A stretch of DNA of 64,000 nt. Source: Promethearchaeia archaeon. GTDB lineage: Archaea; Asgardarchaeota; Lokiarchaeia; Sigyniarchaeales; SOKP01. Under the pieces are notes generated by a model that ran no database searches, was not told the DNA's origin, and was given only the letters and a program-made list of their open reading frames with translations. The first letter of the stretch is position 1. Every line of letters starts with the position of its first letter. Location: the NCBI GenBank assembly GCA_046497275.1, contig JAWOFX010000041.1, forward strand, positions 8,484 to 72,483, read 5' to 3'. The position numbers and the translations under genes are program-made. Below are positions 1 to 8,092 of this stretch, piece after piece.

Positions 1-2
1 AA

Positions 3-869
3 GAATTAAATCTTTCTAGACCCACTATTCAAAACTATTTTGATGAACTGGGGCAAAAAAATATAATTAATAATTTCACTATAAATATTAATCCTAATAT
101 TCAGCCAAATCTTAGACATGTAATAATAGAGATTAAGACAAACCCAAAAGAACCAGAATTAATTGAAAGACTGTTAGAAATTTCACTATTAGAAATGCTT
201 GATGGAATTTTTGGAGAATTTTCGTTGATTGGAATATTTAAGTTTAAGAATTCGGAAGAGTTTAATAATACGCTTACTCTTGTTGATAATATAATGGCTA
301 AGTCCTACTTTAAGAAGTATCAGATAATGGATACTATAAAAATCTTCAAAACAAATGGGATAAAATTATCTGATATAGAATTAGAATCCTATGAATTAGA
401 TAATCTAGATTACAGCATTTTGAAAATTTTGCAATATTCCCAAGGGTATAATTTGATATCTACGTATGATATAACAGAAATTATAAAAAATAATGATAAA
501 ATCTCAGTATCTCAATCCACAGTCTATAATAGGATAAAGAAAATGGAGGAATGTGGGGTGATACTTAATTATTCTGTAAACTTTAATCCAAAAAAATTAG
601 GATTTTTAGGAAAATTCATTATAAGAGTGAAACCAAATGATCCTTCAAAATATGATGAAATCGCCCTAGATTTAGAGAAGCAAGAGGAGATTACTCATTT
701 ATATAGAATTGGGTCTCAATTTGGATTATTTGGAATTGTTCGAGTTAAAAAGATAAAAGATTATGCTCTGTTTTTACAAAAACTATATAAAACTGATGAA
801 GTTGAGGATACTTTTTCGAATTTCGTCTTAGATGAACGAGTACCCTATACAAATTTTCTGCTCCCTTAA
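3..869 (+). CDS. Lrp/AsnC-family regulator with two tandem HTH+RAM modules; 5' end lies outside the window
   Basis: Frame 3 is open from base 3 and reads ELNLSRPTIQNYFDELGQKNIINNFTININP... upstream of the track Met at 195. The second module has HTH STVYNRIKKMEECGVILNYSVNFNPKKLGF followed by a RAM-like beta-alpha-beta segment. Confidence 0.6.
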   Translation, partial: ELNLSRPTIQNYFDELGQKNIINNFTININPNIQPNLRHVIIEIKTNPKEPELIERLLEISLLEMLDGIFGEFSLIGIFKFKNSEEFNNTLTLVDNIMAKSYFKKYQIMDTIKIFKTNGIKLSDIELESYELDNLDYSILKILQYSQGYNLISTYDITEIIKNNDKISVSQSTVYNRIKKMEECGVILNYSVNFNPKKLGFLGKFIIRVKPNDPSKYDEIALDLEKQEEITHLYRIGSQFGLFGIVRVKKIKDYALFLQKLYKTDEVEDTFSNFVLDERVPYTNFLLP

Positions 870-965
870 TTATTCTGAGAACAATACTTTTATAAAGATC
901 AATTATTATTTTCAAGTGTATTTTTTGAATGGAAGAAAAATATTTAATATTTTTTCAATTGGATT

Positions 966-3038
966 ATGGATTTCTTTTTTGAGTTATTAAAGAATCGGAT
1001 TGGGTTATCGCGCACAGGACGGATTAACGCGATTGGATCTTGTAAACCGGTAAAAACTCCTAATATAGTTATTCCTATTAATAAAACCCTGATGAATAAT
1101 TTTGATTTTGTTGATAGTTTTGGGTGTCATGAAATTTTTGTAATCTCTGATATCGGATACCTAAATTCTCAATTTCTTGACGGAATGTTTATAGATTCGG
1201 GTTTTTTATATTATCATAAAGGCACTATTCAGCGGTTTAAAGCAATAATGGGGAAAAAGGAATCTGTAATTGCAGAGAATCAGGTTATACCTATTCTCCC
1301 ATTTTCAATACCAAAAACGGTGGTAAATTATGAATTTGCTAAAAAAGAAATTAAATATCATATAACCCAATTGGGAGAAATATTAGAAAACTTTCCTAAA
1401 ATAAATTTTGGACTCTCTATAAGGTTATTTGATTATTATGAATTTCTTGACTTATATATACCTCTAATTAAAAAATATGAAAATATTAAACTACTTAATT
1501 TTCTCGATTTATTCGATAATCTGAGATTTTTCCGAAATAAATTAGATGCAATTATAAGAATTAAAGAAGAATTTGATAACAATTTAGTCTTAATGGCTTC
1601 TGGAAAGATTCTAACAAAATATTTTCCATTAATTGTTTATTTAGGCTTCGATTTAATCAATACTACGTATCTAAGTTATCTTTCAGCTGAAAATTTATAT
1701 GATACAGTTGAGGATCTTATACCTGCGTATAAAATGAAATATCTTCCCTGTAATTGTCTCTCATGCAGAAAAAGATTGAAAAGCCATTTGGAAGAAAAAT
1801 ACTCTGCTGAAAAAATTGATTTATTATGCTATCATAATTTTATCACAGCCAAGAATTATATGAATAAAACACTTCAATATCTCCATACGGAAGACTTCAG
1901 GGCTTTTGTTGAAAAATCTTCCTTAAATGACTTAAATTTTAAATCTTTATTGAAAATCTGTGATAAAATTTATTTTAATTCAATAAAATATCATTCAAAA
2001 TTAAATCAAAAGAATAGGGAAATTAATTGTCTTGGTCCATTATCTTATTATCGCCCTGATTTCGAATTCTTCCGTGAAAATGTGTTAAAAACATTCATGC
2101 CAGAAGAATGGACAAGAATTATATTATTATTACCATGTTCCGCTAGGAAACCTTATTCTCAGTCAAAATCTCATCAAAAATTTTATGATGTTATTCGGAA
2201 ATTTTCAGAATTTCCTACGTTTCAAGAAATTATTCTTACTTCCCCATTAGGGGCAATCCCAAGGCAGTTAGAAAATATTTATCCCGTGAATTCATATGAA
2301 ATTTCCGTTACTGGAGACTGGAATACAGAAGAGATTGAAATCGCAGCAGATATGTTAATAAAACTTCTAAATAAGTTTGAGAAAAAAATTCCTATCTTAT
2401 GTCATCTTGAAGGAGGATATAAAAAAATAGCACAAGAGGCTGAAAGAAGGGTTAATCATTCTTTCACATACACTGAGATAAAGGAGAGTTCCACTTCAGA
2501 AGAATCATTACAAAATTTAGAATCTAATATTAAAAATAGCTTGGAAACATCTCAATCAACCGAAATAAGAGACCAAGAAGAAAAATTAACAAACACTTGG
2601 CTTAGAAAATTTTCAAAAATCATAGATTATCAATTCGGAAAAGGTTTAGGGAGAGATTTAATTTCTCAAAATTTAATTTATAAGCGAGATGGGAGGCATA
2701 CGGGGTTTTATTTACTTAATAAAGACACAAAAGAAAGATATGGCACTTTTAAATTTTCTACAGGGAAAATTAGACTAACTATAAAAGGAGCTGAAAAAAT
2801 AGCGTTTGTGCCTGAATTTTCGAATTATATCATATTTGACGGGACTGAGTTGAGAGGAAATACCTTATTTATGCCGGGCATTAAAAGTACGGCTCCAAAT
2901 TTATTACCAGATCAAAATGTATGTATATTTGATGGTGATAAGAAAAAGATTATTGCTATGGGTGACATGATTATGGGATCCACTTTTATAAACAATTCAA
3001 AATCCGGGAAAGTAGTGAAATTATATGAAACTAAATGA
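966..3038 (+). CDS. arcS: Archaeosine synthase alpha subunit (ArcS-like: TGT-like domain + DUF5591 + C-terminal PUA)
   Basis: TGT zinc motif LPCNCLSCRK...LCYHNF. DUF5591-like LLLPCSARKPYSQSKSH. PUA-like C-terminus. Its stop overlaps the start of the RaSEA-type radical SAM gene by 14 nt. Confidence 0.6.
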   Translation: MDFFFELLKNRIGLSRTGRINAIGSCKPVKTPNIVIPINKTLMNNFDFVDSFGCHEIFVISDIGYLNSQFLDGMFIDSGFLYYHKGTIQRFKAIMGKKESVIAENQVIPILPFSIPKTVVNYEFAKKEIKYHITQLGEILENFPKINFGLSIRLFDYYEFLDLYIPLIKKYENIKLLNFLDLFDNLRFFRNKLDAIIRIKEEFDNNLVLMASGKILTKYFPLIVYLGFDLINTTYLSYLSAENLYDTVEDLIPAYKMKYLPCNCLSCRKRLKSHLEEKYSAEKIDLLCYHNFITAKNYMNKTLQYLHTEDFRAFVEKSSLNDLNFKSLLKICDKIYFNSIKYHSKLNQKNREINCLGPLSYYRPDFEFFRENVLKTFMPEEWTRIILLLPCSARKPYSQSKSHQKFYDVIRKFSEFPTFQEIILTSPLGAIPRQLENIYPVNSYEISVTGDWNTEEIEIAADMLIKLLNKFEKKIPILCHLEGGYKKIAQEAERRVNHSFTYTEIKESSTSEESLQNLESNIKNSLETSQSTEIRDQEEKLTNTWLRKFSKIIDYQFGKGLGRDLISQNLIYKRDGRHTGFYLLNKDTKERYGTFKFSTGKIRLTIKGAEKIAFVPEFSNYIIFDGTELRGNTLFMPGIKSTAPNLLPDQNVCIFDGDKKKIIAMGDMIMGSTFINNSKSGKVVKLYETK

Positions 3039-4119
3039 AAATGTTCTAAAATATGAATGCCTGGCCGAAGAAATAGAGGCCTTAAGGAAAAAAGGACTTC
3101 AAAATAAAAAGCCCTATTCTAAGCAGAAGTTAAATACACCAGTGAGCTTCTGGACGAAAAAAGAACGCCTTTTGGATAAAATTGGAAAAGAATTTACAAT
3201 CATATTAAGGACGAAAGGATGCTATTGGGCATTAGAACAGGGAGGGTGCTCTATGTGTGGTTATATTGAGGATGCTAATATAGAGAATGTATCCCCCGAA
3301 CAAATTAAGAATCAATTTGATTATGCCCTTGAAAATACAATTGAGAAAATCGATCAAGATAACAATGAATATATCCTGAAAATTTTTAATTCGGGAAGTT
3401 ATTTTGACGACTCTGAAGTAAATAAAGAAGTTAGAAAATATATTTATGGAAAGGTTGCACAAATTCCTAAAATTAAAGAGTTCGTTATCGAATCAAGAGT
3501 GGAATTAATTACTCAGGACAAAATAGATGAAATAAAAGATATTTTACCAGAAAAATATGTAGAGATTGGAGTAGGAATAGAGTCTGTTAATGATCATATA
3601 CGAAATAAATATATCAATAAAGGAATAAATCTAAAGGATTTTATTAAAATTAAAGAACTTTGTCATAAAAATGGAATTGGTGTAAAAGCATATTTACTTT
3701 TTAAACCTCCTTTTCTTAATGAACAAGGGGCAATTGATGATTGTATTTCTTCAATAAAAACTCTGATAGATATGGAGATCAATTCAATTTCGATTAATCC
3801 TTGTAATGTTCAAAAGAATTCTTTTGTAGAATTTCTTTGGTATCAAAATCGTTATCGGCCTCCTTGGTATTATTCCCTATTCGAATGCTTTAAGAGAGCG
3901 CTAAAGCCATCTGATTTTGAAAAAACAAGAATATTATGTGATCCTTCTGGAGCAGGAACTAAGCGAGGGATTCATAATTGTTTGAGAAGAGAATGTAACG
4001 AAAAAATGAAAGAACATCTAAGAAATTTCATATTTTCTCAAAATATAGACATGTTACAAGACATTGAATATGATTGTATTTGTAAAAAAAAATATGATTT
4101 GCAAAAAGATTATCTTTAA
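3025..4119 (+). CDS. Radical SAM enzyme of the RaSEA type (archaeosine synthase beta subunit)
   Basis: Cluster motif ILRTKGCYWALEQGGCSMCGY, typical of the TIGR01210/RaSEA family. Translationally coupled to the ArcS-like gene. Confidence 0.6.
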   Translation: MKLNENVLKYECLAEEIEALRKKGLQNKKPYSKQKLNTPVSFWTKKERLLDKIGKEFTIILRTKGCYWALEQGGCSMCGYIEDANIENVSPEQIKNQFDYALENTIEKIDQDNNEYILKIFNSGSYFDDSEVNKEVRKYIYGKVAQIPKIKEFVIESRVELITQDKIDEIKDILPEKYVEIGVGIESVNDHIRNKYINKGINLKDFIKIKELCHKNGIGVKAYLLFKPPFLNEQGAIDDCISSIKTLIDMEINSISINPCNVQKNSFVEFLWYQNRYRPPWYYSLFECFKRALKPSDFEKTRILCDPSGAGTKRGIHNCLRRECNEKMKEHLRNFIFSQNIDMLQDIEYDCICKKKYDLQKDYL

Positions 4120-4373
4120 TTCTAATAATTTACATATTTTGATCAAAATTGTACAAAAATTTTAACATCATATAGTCATAATACAAAATTATGTAATTTG
4201 TTAATATCAAGGTTAATGATCTCAATATTAATTCCTTCGGTTTCTTAAAAATTCCCTATCAATCCTCAAAGTAAAAATTTAAATACATAAGTAATATTCT
4301 ATCTGATTATAAATATCTGATGCTCGCTGTAAGAACTTAAAATCTAAAAATTAAATATCACGGTTCTTCAACT

Positions 4374-4622
4374 TTGAATTGGGAAAAACTAAATTTATTC
4401 CATTTGGGATCATCTGCAAAAAACCATTCTATCTTTAGAATAGCTAAATGGAGTGAGAATCTCGAAAAAATTATAAAAAAACCAATATTTAACGAAGATT
4501 ATGAAAAAATTGGATTTATTTTAGATATCTTCGGTCCAACTACGAACCCCTTTATTTCAATAAAGTCTGAACCTAATAGGGATATTGGTAAAACTAATAA
4601 GTTTTATGTGAAAATAAGTTAA
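4374..4622 (+). CDS. gar1: H/ACA RNP protein Gar1
   Basis: Gar1 signature KIGFILDIFGPTTNPFISIK. TTG start. Sits directly upstream of tfb, a synteny common in archaea. Confidence 0.6.
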   Translation: MNWEKLNLFHLGSSAKNHSIFRIAKWSENLEKIIKKPIFNEDYEKIGFILDIFGPTTNPFISIKSEPNRDIGKTNKFYVKIS

Positions 4623-4673
4623 AATGTTTTTAGATTTTTAAAAAGATATATTTTTTTAAAAAGGTGTATTTAG

Positions 4674-5615
4674 TTGGAAAGAACTAAAGTAAATGTTTCA
4701 TCAGAAACTCTCATCGTAGAAAAAAATACATGTTCCGAGTGTGGGGAGAGCATCTTTTTCGATGAGAATAGAGGTTTATTAGTTTGTGAATCCTGTGGGT
4801 TAGTTCATTCTGAAAATCATATAGATAGAGGTCCTGAATGGAGAGCCTTTGATGCAGATCAGAGAAAAAAGCGTACTCGCACGGGAGCCCCGATGACCTA
4901 TATGATCCATGATAAAGGATTATCAACAATGATTGACTGGAAAAATAAAGATTTCTATGGTCGAGAAATCCCAGCAAAATTACGGGGACAAATTTATCGA
5001 TTACGAAAGTGGCAAAGTCGTATAAGAGTAAGTGACGCAACTGAGCGAAACTTAACATTTGCATTAAGTGAACTCGATCGTATGGCATCCAATTTAGATT
5101 TACAAAAAAATCTTCGAGAATGCTCAGCAAAAATCTATCGCGATGCAGTTGAAAAACATCTAATACGAGGTAGAAGCATCGAAGGGGTAGCTGCTGCAAG
5201 TCTCTATGCCGCATGTCGTATGTATAAGGTACCTAGAACTTTAAATGAAATTGCTGAAATCGCAAGAGTGGATAAAAAAGAGATAGGTAGATCTTTTCGT
5301 TTTATTTCTAATGAACTCAATATGAATTTGAACCCTACAATTGCTTCTGATTTCTTAACACGGTTTATCTCAGAACTCGGTTTATCAACAGAATGTCAGA
5401 AAATCGCAAAAAAAATTATTAAAATGGCACAAGAACTCGGACTTACTTCTGGACGTGGTCCAACAGGAGTATGTGCGGCAGCAATTTATGCAGCCACAAT
5501 TCTTACGAAGGAAAAAAGGACTCAGAGAAAAATAGCTCGTATCTCTCAAGTGACTGAGGTTACTGTTAGAAATCGATTTAGTGAGCTAGTTGAATTTCTG
5601 AATTTGAACCTCTAG
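4674..5615 (+). CDS. tfb: Transcription initiation factor TFB (TFIIB)
   Basis: N-terminal Zn ribbon [26 protein letters not shown]-reader/linker and two cyclin-fold repeats. TTG start. Confidence 0.9.
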   Translation: MERTKVNVSSETLIVEKNTCSECGESIFFDENRGLLVCESCGLVHSENHIDRGPEWRAFDADQRKKRTRTGAPMTYMIHDKGLSTMIDWKNKDFYGREIPAKLRGQIYRLRKWQSRIRVSDATERNLTFALSELDRMASNLDLQKNLRECSAKIYRDAVEKHLIRGRSIEGVAAASLYAACRMYKVPRTLNEIAEIARVDKKEIGRSFRFISNELNMNLNPTIASDFLTRFISELGLSTECQKIAKKIIKMAQELGLTSGRGPTGVCAAAIYAATILTKEKRTQRKIARISQVTEVTVRNRFSELVEFLNLNL

Positions 5616-5750
5616 ATAACAAATTTTTACCTTCTTTTTTTATTTGTACGTTGTATAATTTAGGTAATATCTTGATGTTATGCCGATTTATAATAGTTCT
5701 TTTTTTCTCTTAAAATAATAAAAAAATGGTTAAGAGGAAGAGAGGAAAAT

Positions 5751-6086
5751 ATGAATGATCTTATAAATAATGAACAAATATCACACTTTCTTTATGATGT
5801 TGAAAATCATTTCCCGAATTTTGCTGCTGCTGTTATATCAGACTCTAATGGTTTACCAATAGGTTCAAGAATTCCGACTGGTTTTAAATATCAGGAACAA
5901 ATTTTAGCTTTAGAGGCTGTGGCGAAAAACAGAAGTTTTATAGATACATCAAAATTTATTAAGGTGAAAGTCTCTCTTAATGAAGATAAATCGGTAAGAC
6001 TGTTATTATTACTGAAGAAACCAAAGACTTATCTGAAAAGATTTAAAAATATTAAAAAAATCTCAAAGCTACAGATGATTTTTTAA
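5751..6086 (+). CDS. Roadblock/LC7 (MglB-like) domain protein
   Basis: Segment AAAVISDSNGLPIGS... with the size and pattern of Roadblock/LC7. Confidence 0.5.
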   Translation: MNDLINNEQISHFLYDVENHFPNFAAAVISDSNGLPIGSRIPTGFKYQEQILALEAVAKNRSFIDTSKFIKVKVSLNEDKSVRLLLLLKKPKTYLKRFKNIKKISKLQMIF

Positions 6087-6309
6087 ATTATAAAACTAGA
6101 CATTAAAAAAACACATAAATTGATTTTCGTATCAAGTATAAGAACAATAGGAGATTGCGTAATTTTTTATATTTAAATTTTTATGTTAGTTATAAGGTGG
6201 TTTCGGGTAAATAATAATTTTGGTTATAAGAATTTAGTTTTTATACCCCCCTTCTAATATATATAGATAAGTGACTTAATAAATAGTAAAAATTATTGGG
6301 ATCATATCC

Positions 6310-6777
6310 ATGGAATACTCTCAAGACGAGCGAATGTTAAAGAAGATACTCAATTCAATTATTAATAGCACGGCTGGGCTAAGATATGCTATTATAATTG
6401 ATGATACAGGGATTACAATTATGAGTCAATCTAAATTCAAACTTGCTGAAGAGGATATTTCTGTAGAAAAAATTGGTGCGATTGGGGGGGCAGTTTTTAT
6501 GGCTGGGGAGGAACAAGGACAAATTCTAGGTTATGGTAATATAGATCTTCAAATTACAGAATATGGAAAAGGCATGTTGTTTTCCTTGAAGATCGGGAAA
6601 GGAGTACTCTGCTTAGCGTCTGATAAAGATGTGAATATAGGCTTTGTTCGTGCAGTTATGAAAAAATGGGCACCAAAATTAGGACAGATATTAGAACGAT
6701 ATTTAGAAAGCGACCAAGACGCGATCAATGAAGAATTAAAGGAGTTATTCAATTCTGATACTATTAGCTTATTGTAA
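6310..6777 (+). CDS. Roadblock/LC7 (MglB-like) domain protein
   Basis: GLRYAIIIDDTGITIMSQ...IGAIGGAVFMAGEEQG...GKGVLCLASDKD matches the Roadblock/LC7 pattern. Confidence 0.6.
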   Translation: MEYSQDERMLKKILNSIINSTAGLRYAIIIDDTGITIMSQSKFKLAEEDISVEKIGAIGGAVFMAGEEQGQILGYGNIDLQITEYGKGMLFSLKIGKGVLCLASDKDVNIGFVRAVMKKWAPKLGQILERYLESDQDAINEELKELFNSDTISLL

Positions 6778-6919
6778 TAAATTCTATTTCTATTAAAGCG
6801 TATAATTTAATATTAATAAGAAATTCTTTATCTCTTGAATTCCATTTTAATTTACTTAACAATTCATATTAAGATTCAAAATTTTTAATTGTTATATTAT
6901 GAAAACAGTGCTTTCTTGG
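6734..6919 (+). repeat. Direct repeat copy A: Roadblock 3' end + intergenic region + first 7 codons of the Dph6-like gene
   Basis: Aligns by eye to 7572..7752 at roughly three quarters identity. Shared blocks include LKELFNSDTI(S/N)LL-stop, tattaat(a/c)agaaattcttta, ttaacaattcatattaa and atgaaa...tcttgg. Confidence 0.7.
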
Positions 6920-7558
6920 AGTGGAGGCAAAGATTCTGCCTTAGCTTTATATTATGCTAAAAAAGACCCAAATATAGAAATTATTTCTATCCTAACAACC
7001 ATAACAGAGCACTATGAAAGAATCAGTATGCATGGAGTCAAAAAGGAATTGTTGGAAGAACAATCTAAGCAACTTGGAGTACCTCTCGAATTAATTTATA
7101 TTCCTACGGATTCTTCCAATGAAATATATAACTCTATAATGGAAGGGAAAATGCTGGAGTTAAAAAAAAATGGAATTAATTCCGTGATCTTTGGAGACAT
7201 TTTTCTGGAGGATATTCGAGCATATAGAGAAAATAATTTATCGAAAATTGGGATGAATGCTCATTTTCCGTTATGGAAACAATCCACAGAAAAATTAACT
7301 CATGAATTTATTGATTTAGGATTTAAAGCAATAATAACTTGTATAGATTCAGAGTTTTTAGACAAATCTTTTATTGGAAGAGAATTTAACAAAGATTTTA
7401 TTGCAGATTTGCCTGAGGAAGTAGATCTTTGTGGAGAGAATGGAGAATTTCATACATTCGTGTATGATGGTTCATTATTTGAAAATTCTGTGACGTTTAA
7501 TTTGGGAAAGGTTGAATTCAGAGATAATCGGTTCTATTTCAAGGATTTGATGATTTAA
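6899..7558 (+). CDS. Dph6-like ATP-binding (adenine nucleotide alpha hydrolase, MJ0570/diphthine-ammonia ligase) family protein
   Basis: N-terminal PP-loop-like MKTVLSWSGGKDSALALYYA, and C-terminal GENGEFHTFV, typical of the family. Confidence 0.6.
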   Translation: MKTVLSWSGGKDSALALYYAKKDPNIEIISILTTITEHYERISMHGVKKELLEEQSKQLGVPLELIYIPTDSSNEIYNSIMEGKMLELKKNGINSVIFGDIFLEDIRAYRENNLSKIGMNAHFPLWKQSTEKLTHEFIDLGFKAIITCIDSEFLDKSFIGREFNKDFIADLPEEVDLCGENGEFHTFVYDGSLFENSVTFNLGKVEFRDNRFYFKDLMI

Positions 7559-7571
7559 GAAGAAGAGTATA

Positions 7572-7752
7572 TTAAAAGAATTATTTAATTCAGATACTAT
7601 AAACCTATTGTAAAATACTGTTTTTATTTCTTATAAACAATCCTGTATTAATCAGAAATTCTTTAATTTTTAAATTGTATTTAAATTTATTTAACAATTC
7701 ATATTAAAATACAAATTTTTCAATTTTTAATATGAAAGGAGTACATTCTTGG
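7572..7752 (+). repeat. Direct repeat copy B: decayed copy of Roadblock 3' end + intergenic region + truncated Dph6-like start
   Basis: Encodes ...LKELFNSDTINLL-stop, then a matching spacer, then atg aaa gga gta cat tct tgg, which diverges and stops after about 30 codons. Confidence 0.7.
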
Positions 7753-8092
7753 TTTTGCCATTTTTACCTTTCTATCCTTATCTATATGAATTCTGAATCT
7801 TCAATATCTATGAATTAATCTTCAAAGAATGATTCTTGCTATTGTTTTAGTAATCATCGGCTTTTATGATGTTATGAGTCAAAAGCATCTTTATGATTAT
7901 AACAATATTAAAAATGTTCTAAATCCATAATATGTAACTTTTATTTTTTTGGATTTGTGTTTTTTTGAATATAATTTTTCCTAAAATGAATAAAGTCACC
8001 TCAAATTTATGAGATTTTCTTAAATTATTATCTACTTTACATAGATAAAGATTTAAGGATAACTTTTTATGTCTAGTAAGCAATAATTTCAT

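Noticed and set aside
4290-4373. Possible C/D-box sRNA upstream of gar1 (ATCTGATGC...CTGTAAG...)
   Set aside because: I found no proper RUGAUGA C box paired with a terminal CUGA D box. I also found no convincing C/D arrangement in the other intergenic regions I scanned.
4711-5214. 167-aa ORF antisense to tfb
   Set aside because: It lies entirely within the well-supported TFB coding region on the opposite strand. It has no recognisable motif and looks like a shadow ORF.
5570-5579. Extra copies of the palindrome AAATCGATTT at 5570, 37913 and 38160 as additional operator sites
   Set aside because: All three lie inside coding regions (tfb and the giant orphan) and lack the flanking 36-nt module. 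They are probably coincidences of codon and AT bias. This also warns that the 10-mer core alone is not diagnostic.
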